Shown: positions 23,566 to 33,993 of the stretch, piece after piece
How positions within the stretch are numbered: position 1 is the stretch's first letter
Layout: each line of letters begins with the position of its first letter
NCBI GenBank assembly: GCA_027923505.1
Contig: BROI01000036.1
Coordinates: 62,001-126,000 of the forward strand
From: Mayamaea pseudoterrestris
Taxonomy: Eukaryota
Length of the DNA: 64,000 nt
Reading direction: 5' to 3'
Position numbers and translations under genes: made by a program
Notes under the pieces: generated by a model
The model's input: only the letters and a program-made list of their open reading frames with translations
Database searches by the model: none
Told to the model about the DNA's origin: nothing

Positions 23566-25598
23566 TCAATCATCAAACTTGGCCTTTGTCTCCATACTCA
23601 TTTGCATGACTTGCTTGGGCGTAATCTTACCAGCCGAAACAGCCATGGCCAGCTTGGGCGGCACCGCGTTTACCGGATCCGGCAGAAAGCCTTCCGGTCG
23701 CTCCAACTTTATTGGCGAAAAGTTTGGAACATGCTGCGGCACGAAGGCTTCCACCGTTTCCTGCATAAAGGCAATCCACTCGTCGAACAAGTCCTCACGA
23801 ACATACTCGAGTGGCGTTTGTCCTCGCTTATCCTCCAGAAACAATTGTCGCCAGTCGCGCTGCAGTATTAGCGTGGCAATCTCCGGACTGAACGACGACG
23901 CCCAGCAGCAGTGATGCAGCGGCGTGCGGCCAAAGCCGTCACACACGCGCAAGTCACTCCCGTGCTCCACCAGCGTGCGAAAGACACTGGCGTTGGCGCG
24001 CTTGCACACCAAGTCGACAATGGAGTCGCGAAACTGGTTGCACGGACTTGGTGACAAGCCGCACGACAGCATTTCCGAAAGCGTACCCAAGTCGCTGGTA
24101 TGAATCGCTCGCACAAGTTCCGTGCCAAAGCTGGCCAGTTGCAGTGGACTTGGTGTAATGTCATATTGCGCCACGTCCGCCTTGATGCGCAACTGACCGG
24201 GCGAGTAGCCTCGCATTTGAAGCAGTATGCGGTCCAAGCAATGCTGCGGCGACTCTTGCCGAAAGTTTTTGCGCTTGCTTCCATTGGCAGCGCTGGTATT
24301 CTTGCGGCGACGTCGCTGCTGCGCGTCGTAGTCGTCTGCTGCAACATCTGTCGCTTGTGGTGGTGTCAAGACGCTCGTCATGACGGACGGTGGCATGACA
24401 ATGGATGGAATCAAATAGGTGGCATTGGCAATGTCTTGACTCGAGTTCTTTGCCGCTTCCGCAGCTGCCGCTTTTCTGGACTGCGCCTTGGTTTGATACT
24501 GCGGCGCTGGTGGCACTAAATCGTGCGCAGCAGCGGAAGGAAACGCCTGCACCTTTTGCGGCGCAGCAAGAGCTTGCTGCTGCTGCAACGCAATCTGCTG
24601 CTGCTGCATTTGTTGCTGCTGCTGGTAAAACTGCTGCAGCATTACGTTGAGCGGATCCTCGTCACTGTTTGCAACGTCACTCATGCATGTAGTAGGCCAA
24701 CTTGTCTGCAGCGTTGGCGGTGGACAGAGTGCTGCCGCTGGAGCTTGCTGCGACTGCACCCGCGCCAAGGCGTGATGCGCCACGTTTGGCTTGGATTCCG
24801 CCGTCGAGCAAGACATGGCGGAAGGAGTCGGCGATGGCGAGTTCATGCGGCTCGTTGGTTTCTGTTGAACATGAATATATAGTATGAAAGTGAGTTTCAT
24901 AGCTCATGGTAGAGAAAGATTAATCGACTGACTAATCGCAAAGATTGCGCTCTCGCATCTCAACCACAATCAAATCCACGTACCATTGCTTCGTCATTCG
25001 TTTGATACATATTCTGCACATGGCTGCCAACACTAACGTTGCTTCCCATGCGCTCGTGGTGAGGATGGCGCGTCTGCGAAGCAGCAGACGCTTGGCGCGG
25101 TGCATCATGTTCGCGAATGGACGTGAGCGTTGGCGACCCTCCTTTGGCCTGATTTGGTGTCGTCGTCGTCGTTGCAGAGTAGTCCATGCTAAATGAGCTT
25201 GGTGCAGCTGCTGGTGTTGCACTGTGATTGTTATTGTTCGATGTTTCCTCCCAAAAGAGCTTCCAGAGCGCGGCATCCGAAAGGGCTTCGTAATTGTTAC
25301 TGCCGCCATGCGATGCGCAATTTGCATTCATCATGAACGAATTGTTGCTGCTGCTTTGAAAGAATTGCGCGCTCGTCAGTGGTGAGACCTCATGTCCCAA
25401 TACGTACTGCTGCGACGAGCCATGAGGAAGGAGCGTTCCGGGCGAGTTTGTCGCTCCGTGTTGCTGCATTGATCCAGCAGCACTGCCGCCATGGTGATGC
25501 GACTGACTATTCCTCTGCTGCAGCTGCTGCAACTGCTGAATCTGCTCCATGGTCATGAGTGGGACGCCGGAGGACGTGGTCGTTGGAAGTCCAAACAT
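23566..25598 (-). CDS. Gln/Ser-rich protein with C-terminal ankyrin repeats (intron 24862-24983)
   Basis: Ankyrin-like DGFGRTPLHHCCW and DKRGQTPLEY. A phase-0 intron joins the two ORF-track segments (EAM|KPTS). The start codon is uncertain. Confidence 0.7.
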
Positions 25599-26217
25599 TG
25601 TTAGCGTCGGCGGCGGATCAGATCCTCTCGGCAAGGATTAGCAGGAAAATCTCAAATAGCAAGAGATATTGGACCTATACTCTCTCTTGTAGGTAGCGTA
25701 TATGAGTAGCGTAGCGTAGATCACGGCTCTTTGGAACAAGGTCATGTAGTGTATAGGGACGGCAATGGTGATGCTTGGGTGATACGCCAAGGGGTCTTCC
25801 GCTTTGTGATGGCCTCGATTTCACGCGCGGAGACGTTGCGAACCTTTCGGAACGGGGCAGTTTTCGAGTCACATCTTCAAACACAGTGTGACTCCCAATG
25901 AGTATGCCCCTCGGAATGTGTTCGTGAATCCTGACGCGTAGCAGTTGGACTTTCTTCAAGGAACATTGTTCTCCGGATTCTCCCGAACGCAACATTGATC
26001 GGCGTCATCGATGCGTGCACCAATGGATGGATGGCGTCCTCAGGTGACCGAACGCCGGTACCGGACGGAGTCGCAGAGTAACCGCTACGACCTTCTGTCA
26101 CACTTTATAACCGGTACGACAGTTTGTCACACTTTTTCGTTTCAAATTCCATCGCCCATCACCTATCAAGGACTATTGTAAACCATCTGGCAGACGAATC
26201 ATCATGAAATACTACAA

Positions 26218-27440
26218 ATGAATACCTCTGTATCGACTACTGAGAAAGTCGTTAGTCTCCTTGGCTGGCCAACGACGACCATTTCCATACAATGGACAAA
26301 AAACGACAATGAACCGAAAGAAGATCCAGCAACTCTGCATAATAGTTTTGAACTTTCATCGCCGGATACAGTCATTTTCTTCGTTCCCGGCAACCCTGGA
26401 CTCGTGCAGTTTTATGTTCCAATGCTTTTGGCCATGATGCAGCGCCTTGGTCCAGGATTTGCCGCCTTTGGCGCGTCACATGCTGGCCATGGCGTTACAA
26501 ACGATTCAAACGAATGGGAGCTTGGTGACAACATGGCAGACGAGACCATTGACAATCAACAGCAAAATCATGAGCAGCAAGGTGACACGAGCATTTCCTG
26601 GACCATGGAGGGACAGGTGCTTCACAAGATGGCTTTCATTGATCATATTTTGCAATCGCTTGTATTTCAGCATTCTTCAACACTACAGCAACCTTTTATT
26701 ATATTCATATCACATTCCATTGGGTCCTACTTGACGCAGCAACTCTTGCTGCTTCGACCCGACGTGCTGCTTGAGACGCAACTGTTGATTCAGTTAATGC
26801 CGTTTACGCGCATGAATGCACCCCTGCGGACGCAGCTAGTGCTCGATTTAATCGCCAAAGAGTTCCCAAAGCGCACTGCCATACGCATGCTGCAGCAATT
26901 CTCCAGAGTCATGGCTCGCTTGCCGGAACCTACAGTGGATGCTATCTTGCTGCGTCACGGCAACATGACGGATGCTCACGCGCGAAGCGTTGCCTCAAAG
27001 TTGGTGCGAAACGCGAGCTTTGCCGGCAACTTTTTGGAGCTGGGGAGTCGGGAGATTCGGCAAGTGCCACGACACTTGGAGGTGAGTCGAGCTTGTGGCG
27101 CTGCTTGCTTGTGGCTTGCTGAAAACTTCCTAATGATGCCACGCGAACTGACCACTGTTTTGCGGACATGCAGACGTCGTCGCTGCGATACATAAACGCG
27201 TACGCACCCATCGCCATGCTCCTGGCCAAGAATGATCATTGGGCGCCGCAAGAGTCATTGACGAATGACATTAAACTGCTACAGAAACAAGACATTTTGC
27301 CAGAAAATGTTGATACACACTATAATGCAGCGTTGAAGCACGATTTCGTCAGCTACAGTGGACAGTCGGACGTTGTCGTCGACTTTTGCGTGGAGCAAAT
27401 TGGAATCCACTGTAACTATCCGGCACGAGCGAAGCTATGA
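26218..27440 (+). CDS. Lipid droplet-associated serine hydrolase-like alpha/beta hydrolase (intron 27082-27173)
   Basis: FFVPGNPGL..FY, nucleophile SHSIGSY, acid DHWAP and catalytic-His motif HDF, all typical of the LDAH/DUF2305 family. Ends in AKL. Confidence 0.8.
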
Positions 27441-27716
27441 TTGATGCATTTGTTATTGAAACTCTTTCGCTCGACAGCTTATTGGTTAAACTGATGAAAG
27501 TGGAAGAGCGAACGTTTGCTCGACATGGGCATGCGCCAAACTGATAGGCATCATGTGCATCATGGCAATTATAGTAAAGTGCCTTAAAATGTCTATTGAC
27601 GTACACATGATACTGATTATAGATATAGTATGCACAATATGTTTATGATAATAGCGGCGAGCCAAACCAAGTATAACGATTGACAAGTCAGTTATGCGTC
27701 AACCAATTGCGCTCTC

Positions 27717-29540
27717 TCAAATGCGAGGACCATATGGATTCATGGTTGCCGCAGGCTTGATCTTTTTCGAATCCGTCAGGGAGACTTCCGGTGGCGCGGA
27801 TCGCTTCATGTTTTTATTGTCAACGTTGTAGTGGTTCATTGGCGTCACTTGGTGCGGCTGTGGTTGTGCCAACGTGGCCAACGGATGGCTCGATTTATGC
27901 GACGTTGTTGGCCGCTGCTGCGTCGCATCGTAAAAGTCAAACGTTGTTTTGGTAGTGGTTGCCATGCTAGTGGAAGTTTGCGCGTGCTGCTGGATGAACG
28001 GCGTATTGGTCATGGCAGCAAGCGTTGCTCCAGGAGCGACACTGTTGAATAAAGCAGCGCTGCTTCCGTTACCTCCAGGTGCTGCACCATTGCCGACATT
28101 TGTAGGTGCAGCGTGTCCTCCTGCAGTTGAGGTCGTCGACTGGACATTATTGCGGGCCCAGTGCATCATGGGAGGAGACGGCTGCTGCTGCTGACTGGTA
28201 GGCAGCAACTTGGCAGCTAATGATAGTCTGCTTGGAACGGTCAATGGCGGCTGATTGGGCGCGACAGCATAGGAGGATCCCGCGTTGTTTGCAGCTGCGG
28301 TAGACGCAGAAGTTGCTGCAGCTGAAGAGTGCGGCATTGACGGACGCGCCATTGGCGGCTGCTGTTGCTGAAACAACGGAGGAGGTGGTAGTGCAGTCGA
28401 CGCCTGCGTCGTAGTCGTCGTAGTCGTCGGCGCTCCCATGAAAGTAGAAGTAGAGTTACTTGAAACAAGCGGAGGAGGCTGCGGCTGTTGCTGCTGCTGC
28501 TGATTGACACGATAGCCATTGGTAGGTGGTTGATGCGCTTGACTCGTCGTGGTTATTGAAGCAGCAGCCTTGCCATGTTCCTTGTGCACAACAGCATGTT
28601 GCTTCATGTCGTCTCCACTACTATTACCATTATGATTCCCATACTTTTGATTCCACCGCTTCTCCCAATCATCCAAACTCTCCTCCTGCGTCTTTGGCGC
28701 CGTATTGAAGGTAAAGTGCGCCGAATCATAGAGGGAATTGCCGAGCCGATCCCCAAAGTGCCGGGCCGCGCGCTTGAGTCCGTCGGTAATGCTGGACTTT
28801 TGCGCGTGCGCCGCCGCCTGCGAAAAGCTTCTATCCGTCGCGTCGCCGAAACCAACGTCTTCGCGAAATACGAGAGAGTGATTATGATTGTGAATGCTGC
28901 TGCTGCTATTGAGCAAGGTGATGCGCACGTGCGAAACGTAGGCAACGACAAACTTGAAGCTATGCGGCTGCACATTTGACGCCGCCGGCGCCACGTCTCC
29001 TCCCGGCGGCACGAGTCGCTCACTCTTGAGTATCGTCAAGTTCCATCCGTCGTAACCAAAGACTTGGTTCAGTAGTCGCGCCACGGCGTCTCCCTTGAGA
29101 TAGGTCAATCGCTTGTTGCCCGGACCAGGCCGCGTCGCTAGCTCCGACTGCAGCGGCTGCGAGCCGAGCATGCGGTCAATGCTCAATGGCTCGCCGCGAT
29201 GGTCCAGGAGAACGGAGCCGTCGCGGGGATGATGCATGTATTTTTGTGTACATATGTGAGTATGTTGCTGCTGCTGATCGTATGCGGACGAGTCTGGATG
29301 ACACACCAAATTGGATCCCCACGCATGATGACTGCGATTCATCTTGTAGTTGCTGTCGTGATTATTGACTGCAGTAGATTGCTGCATGCTGCTGTATTCT
29401 GCAAGAAAGTCTGCGTCGGAGATTCCTCCTTGCGTCAGATTTGTACTGCTTGATGATGATGACGCAGTGATTGATCTTTCTGCTGCGGCTTCGTCGGCTG
29501 CTGATTGAGCATTCATCGGATTAATCGCTTGCTGATTCAT
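27717..29540 (-). CDS. RAD52: Rad52/Rad22 family DNA annealing and repair protein
   Basis: TRPGPGNKRLTYL, NQVFGYDGWN, FREDVGFG and AQKSSITDGLKRAARHFGDRLGNSLY, followed by a long low-complexity C-terminus. Confidence 0.9.
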   Translation of the reverse strand: MNQQAINPMNAQSAADEAAAERSITASSSSSSTNLTQGGISDADFLAEYSSMQQSTAVNNHDSNYKMNRSHHAWGSNLVCHPDSSAYDQQQQHTHICTQKYMHHPRDGSVLLDHRGEPLSIDRMLGSQPLQSELATRPGPGNKRLTYLKGDAVARLLNQVFGYDGWNLTILKSERLVPPGGDVAPAASNVQPHSFKFVVAYVSHVRITLLNSSSSIHNHNHSLVFREDVGFGDATDRSFSQAAAHAQKSSITDGLKRAARHFGDRLGNSLYDSAHFTFNTAPKTQEESLDDWEKRWNQKYGNHNGNSSGDDMKQHAVVHKEHGKAAASITTTSQAHQPPTNGYRVNQQQQQQPQPPPLVSSNSTSTFMGAPTTTTTTTQASTALPPPPLFQQQQPPMARPSMPHSSAAATSASTAAANNAGSSYAVAPNQPPLTVPSRLSLAAKLLPTSQQQQPSPPMMHWARNNVQSTTSTAGGHAAPTNVGNGAAPGGNGSSAALFNSVAPGATLAAMTNTPFIQQHAQTSTSMATTTKTTFDFYDATQQRPTTSHKSSHPLATLAQPQPHQVTPMNHYNVDNKNMKRSAPPEVSLTDSKKIKPAATMNPYGPRI

Positions 29541-30084
29541 TATTTGATAATTTGCTATAAGGATGAGGCTTTACAGAGGTCCCGAGCGGTATCACTTGGG
29601 TTGAAGGGCCGCCAAGGACGACTGCATGCAGACGCATCTTGTGTCCATGGTCGGCCGTCGCACAAGTTCAGCAACAATGAAAACAAAACGTCATGCACTA
29701 ATTACAAAACGTGTTATGTGACGCATGCCATGTCGTTGCTGGAAGGGAACGCTGGAGAGTTCGATGGAGGGCGGAGGGAACGAGCGTCGCGCGCGCGCAT
29801 CACGATGGGCCCAGCCATTTGCATTTCGATGACTTGCCTCCATCTTGCGTTCTTTCCATCATCACTGCAAGTATTTAGTGTTGAGTCGCGTTCTTGCTTT
29901 GAAATAAATTTCATTACTTGTCTGCATTGAGAAAGTAAAATTGTACTGAAAGATTCAGACTTGCTGCAGCTATCGCTCGAACGAAGGGAAGCTCGACAGA
30001 CGTTCGTCTTGCTATTTTCTGATTTGCTGCTTCGCCAATTAGCCTTTACAAGCTCTTTAATACTACATCAACAGCAAGTAAATC

Positions 30085-32439
30085 ATGCCTCGCAATACTC
30101 CACCGCGCCGCTCCACGCGCGGCCAGGCCGATGCTGCTGCTACACCCAGCTCGGACAAGAAGCGCAAGCAGCGCGAGGAGAGCGCGTCGGAATCGGAAGT
30201 CGATGAGCAGCAGCAGCATGCGGCAACTAGTTCCAAGCCAAAGCCTGCGAAACGCACCAAGGCGTCCGCGTCTGTTTCGCGAGCGCAGGCCTTTATCGAG
30301 GAGCAGGCGCGCGAGAGACAGCGACGCGCGGAGTCAAAGGCGGCTGATGGTGGAAACGTTGCTCGTCCTGCGGCATTCAAAAAACCTGCTGCCACCAAGA
30401 AGCCGGCGGCTACTCTTTCGAGTCAGCCGTCGTCGGCTGCGTCTTCGGTAGCGTCCTCGACGCGATCGTCTCCGCGAAAGCCTGCTTCGCGCGCTGCGTC
30501 AGCGACAAGTAAAAAGCAAGTACCTGCTCCAGCCGCTGCGGCTACCAAGAAGCAAGCACCGGCACCGGCACCTGCCGCCTATAAACCAGAGGCTAAAACG
30601 CCGCCTCGCGCGGCTGCGGGAGAGCGAAAGAAGTTTCCCTTTCAGAGTCCAGTCAAGACGAGTGCAACTACAAGTGACGCGCCGTCGCAGCCAGTGGCGC
30701 ATCAACAGCCGCGGCAAGGAGTACAGATTCCCATTGTTCGCCAGCAGCATAAGCAGCCGCATTCAGTACCAGTTGCGCATCAACAGCATCAGCAGCGCGT
30801 TCAAATTCCCATTGTTCGCCAGCAGCGCAACAACAATTATCCGACGGGTAGTTGCGAAGCGGCGGCGGCGGCATCCACGACGGCGGCGTGGGAGCTGGCC
30901 GAGGATCACAACTACGTGGCGGCGCCGCCGGCAAGGGTGATTGGTCGTCCGCCGCCGCGGCAGCAGCCGCAGGTGCAACTCATGGTGAGCCAGTGGGAAT
31001 CGATTTCGCAGCAGCAGCAGCAGCAGCAACAACAACAGTTGGACGCGGATGCAAATGCGAAGAAGAAGAAAAAGTCAACGAAACCGGAGGACAATGACGA
31101 ACAAGACGTTGGGTACGAATCGGGCGACTCTGTACCAGAGGTGCGCGCGGAACGTTTGGCCGCCATGCGGAAAACCAAACAAGACGAGGAGGAGCGCCAC
31201 TTTGACCAAGTGCTGGCCCACCGCTTTAGGGAGGAGCAAACGCGCGCCGATGAGCGCGTCAAGGAGGAGCGAGACGAAGCTGCTGCTCGTGCAAGGTGGT
31301 GGCAGCATATGCCTGCGATCTTTACCAAGATCTTACCATATATTTTATTGCCATTTGCGCTCATGATGTTAATGGGTTGGATGACAAATAGTGGCATCTT
31401 GACATCATCGTCAGAAGCGAACGCTCCTTGCTTTGCGAGTACAGCGGCCGATGATTCTCCTTCATCTAACTGGAGCGAGCGATGCCGGCTGGCGGCGGAA
31501 GCGAATCAGTTGGTTCCTTGCCCACCAGCTGGAGTCTGCGTTGGAGGCGAATTGGTTTCTTGTGGTTTTGATCCGTCACATGCTGCCTTTTTTGTTCCTG
31601 ACGCGAAAGGCGTGGCATGCGAGTTATCGCCACAGGCAAATGATACAGTGCAAGCCATTTATCGTCGTCTCCAGCAGGTGACTGTCATGCACGTTTGCCA
31701 CGAACGACTACCAATCTCACCAGTGCACCTGGACGGAAAACAGAATGACACTGTCTTGTTTGACTACTTTGATTTTGGTCGCATTGCCGACTCGAATCAA
31801 GCTTCGCCCGACGTCGAAAAGCCAGTGGTTTGGGCTAGCACCCTGCCATGGCTGGAATACGCTGTGCGCAACGAGATTGTCAAACAGTTGGTAATCGAGC
31901 AGGGACCAGATGGCAAGGCGCTGATTGGTTTGTCACCGGAAAAGTTGCGCAGCTTGCCGCTTCCTCCCAAGTGCATTGCGCAGCACGCTGTTGTATCGAC
32001 GCTGGATGTCGCCAAGAATGCCATGTGGTTTGTTTTGGTGCGCACTTGGCATTTGACGTGGTTTGTATACGACGTTTTTGCCGGAGCCTTTGCTCAAGAT
32101 CCATTGACCATGTCATGCTTTGCAGGCTTGATGCTTGCCGCTCTTGCCGTATGGGAGTATTGGCGCAAGGCACGCAACATGAAGCAGTCTAGCATTGACG
32201 CTGATAGAGCTTGGGATGCAACATTGGAGTTTCTCAAGGTGTCTCCTGATTGGCACAAGGCTTTGATACTTCGGGACAATGTCAAGCATCGATTGTATCC
32301 CAATGACGCTGGAGCGCAAAAGCGATTCGTCACTGTGGTCTGGCCCAAGGTTGTTCGTCGCATTGAAGCAGACGAACGAATCGGCAAGCGCGACATGAGC
32401 GAAGAGGGAAAAATTATTGCGATTTGGAAGTGGTTGTAG
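30085..32439 (+). CDS. MAN1/Src1(Heh1)-like inner nuclear membrane protein (MSC domain)
   Basis: Basic disordered N-terminus with NLS-like KKRK and KKKKK, a first TM, a Cys-containing luminal region (PCPPAGVC..GELVSC), a second TM, and a C-terminal winged-helix signature LRD...WPKVVRRIEADERI...WKW. Confidence 0.7.
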   Translation: MPRNTPPRRSTRGQADAAATPSSDKKRKQREESASESEVDEQQQHAATSSKPKPAKRTKASASVSRAQAFIEEQARERQRRAESKAADGGNVARPAAFKKPAATKKPAATLSSQPSSAASSVASSTRSSPRKPASRAASATSKKQVPAPAAAATKKQAPAPAPAAYKPEAKTPPRAAAGERKKFPFQSPVKTSATTSDAPSQPVAHQQPRQGVQIPIVRQQHKQPHSVPVAHQQHQQRVQIPIVRQQRNNNYPTGSCEAAAAASTTAAWELAEDHNYVAAPPARVIGRPPPRQQPQVQLMVSQWESISQQQQQQQQQQLDADANAKKKKKSTKPEDNDEQDVGYESGDSVPEVRAERLAAMRKTKQDEEERHFDQVLAHRFREEQTRADERVKEERDEAAARARWWQHMPAIFTKILPYILLPFALMMLMGWMTNSGILTSSSEANAPCFASTAADDSPSSNWSERCRLAAEANQLVPCPPAGVCVGGELVSCGFDPSHAAFFVPDAKGVACELSPQANDTVQAIYRRLQQVTVMHVCHERLPISPVHLDGKQNDTVLFDYFDFGRIADSNQASPDVEKPVVWASTLPWLEYAVRNEIVKQLVIEQGPDGKALIGLSPEKLRSLPLPPKCIAQHAVVSTLDVAKNAMWFVLVRTWHLTWFVYDVFAGAFAQDPLTMSCFAGLMLAALAVWEYWRKARNMKQSSIDADRAWDATLEFLKVSPDWHKALILRDNVKHRLYPNDAGAQKRFVTVVWPKVVRRIEADERIGKRDMSEEGKIIAIWKWL
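30691..30826 (+). repeat. Coding direct repeat with 78-nt spacing (PVAHQQ...VQIPIVRQQ x2)
   Basis: ccagt(g/t)gcgcatcaacagc...attcccattgttcgccagcagc at 30691 and 30769. Confidence 0.85.
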
Positions 32440-32765
32440 TTTTCTCAACGAGTGTGATGGGGTTAATGTTTGAATGGCTTGCATTGGCGTGCGTTTTTGG
32501 TTGAGCAAAGCTCAGCCTATAATTGCTCTTTGGAAATATACTTTTTTATAAATCCACGAGAACATGCTACTGACGTATTTGCATACATAGATGAAGGGTG
32601 CACTTGTTTAGCAGTCGCTGCATCCACGGTGAATCATATATTTGAACTACGATTGCAGACGTCGTCTGCCGAGTTAAACAACTTTGTTCATCTATTTATA
32701 TGTTACTGATCGTTATGAACCAAATGAGATCATCCTTTGTACAACTTTGAACAATTCACTTCTTC

Positions 32766-33564
32766 TCACGCCGCTGGTGGATTCGAAAGAGTCAACTTAT
32801 AATTCTGCTGCTGCTGTTGCTGCTGTTCCGCTGCCAACTCGGAGAGCCCATCCGGAATGGCGCAGCAACGTCGAAGATTGGTAGGAGAATCAATGCATAC
32901 AGGGACCATGGATGATTGAAGTGTACTCGTTGACGAGTCGTCTCTCGATGTATCTTCCGGCAGCAACGAGTTTGACTCGATCAATGGAAAGGCTTCCGCG
33001 CACGTTCCGCCATGATGCGATTTCGAATCTTTCGCGCCAGCTCGCGATTCGACAAACAAGTCGCCAGATCCCTCATTGTCAAACCATCGATTCGAGTACT
33101 TGGCACTGTTTGAACGTAGAATACTCTGCAAAGCCTGCGTCGCCAAGTCAAGGGTGCTCATGGTGGTTGTCATTGTCAAAAATGGCAAGCGTGACGATGA
33201 GCTCCGCCGTGGTTGCCGTTCTCTCTCCGAATCGAAAGCGTGACTGTCAGTTTGTTCCACCAGAACTCGGCTTAAGTAATTTCGTCACAGTCTCCTGGAG
33301 AACTGGTTCACAAACGTTCGACGAGTTCCAAAGTTGAAGTGAATATTCTTCGGCGGAATTCATTGATGTTTGTTCTTCCGAGCCGTTCCGATCGCTGAAA
33401 ACCTCAATTTCACCGGATGCGAACCATCGGCAAAGCTTGGCGGCATGCAAATGGATGACGCTATCATAGGTGAAGGTCACTCTCAGCTGCCTTGATACCA
33501 TAGGCTTCTGGTTTACTGCAGGCACTTGCAAAGCTTTCTTATCGTCGGAGGCTTCCTGCACCAT
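32766..33564 (-). other. Possible hypothetical gene in two overlapping frames (frameshifted or unresolved structure)
   Basis: ORFs 33247-33564 and 32766-33260 overlap by 14 nt and both look protein-like (Ser-rich, polyQ). No family recognised. Confidence 0.3.
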
Positions 33565-33993
33565 ATCCTTTAACTCAAACCCGAAAGAATGATCGAATGG
33601 TGAGTATCATGTTAGCTGGGTCACGGTTTTTGAGTGAGTCGAACATTCGGAGCAGATGCCAATCGAAAAGAGAGTTTTTGACAGGAGTCGCACGTCGAAT
33701 TTGGAGTCCATGCACTGTGTTCATTCGTCCGTCCGACCAATGGGTTTCAAGCACTCGACTCTTCTTTTTGCATTGACTATTTATCGCTCGTATCAGTAGG
33801 TCAACGCAATTAGAGCTCCCAATGCATCACTACACCGTAGCAGTTTCCCTGTTTCCCTGGTCGCTTTCGAAAGTAGGACGACTATCGTACGCAAAACGTC
33901 ATTAATGTCGCATAGCAACTTAATTGACGCCGATCCAAAAATTCTTCGCCCGCCATTGAGCTTGATTTCCATTGACGATGAAGCTCAACCATC

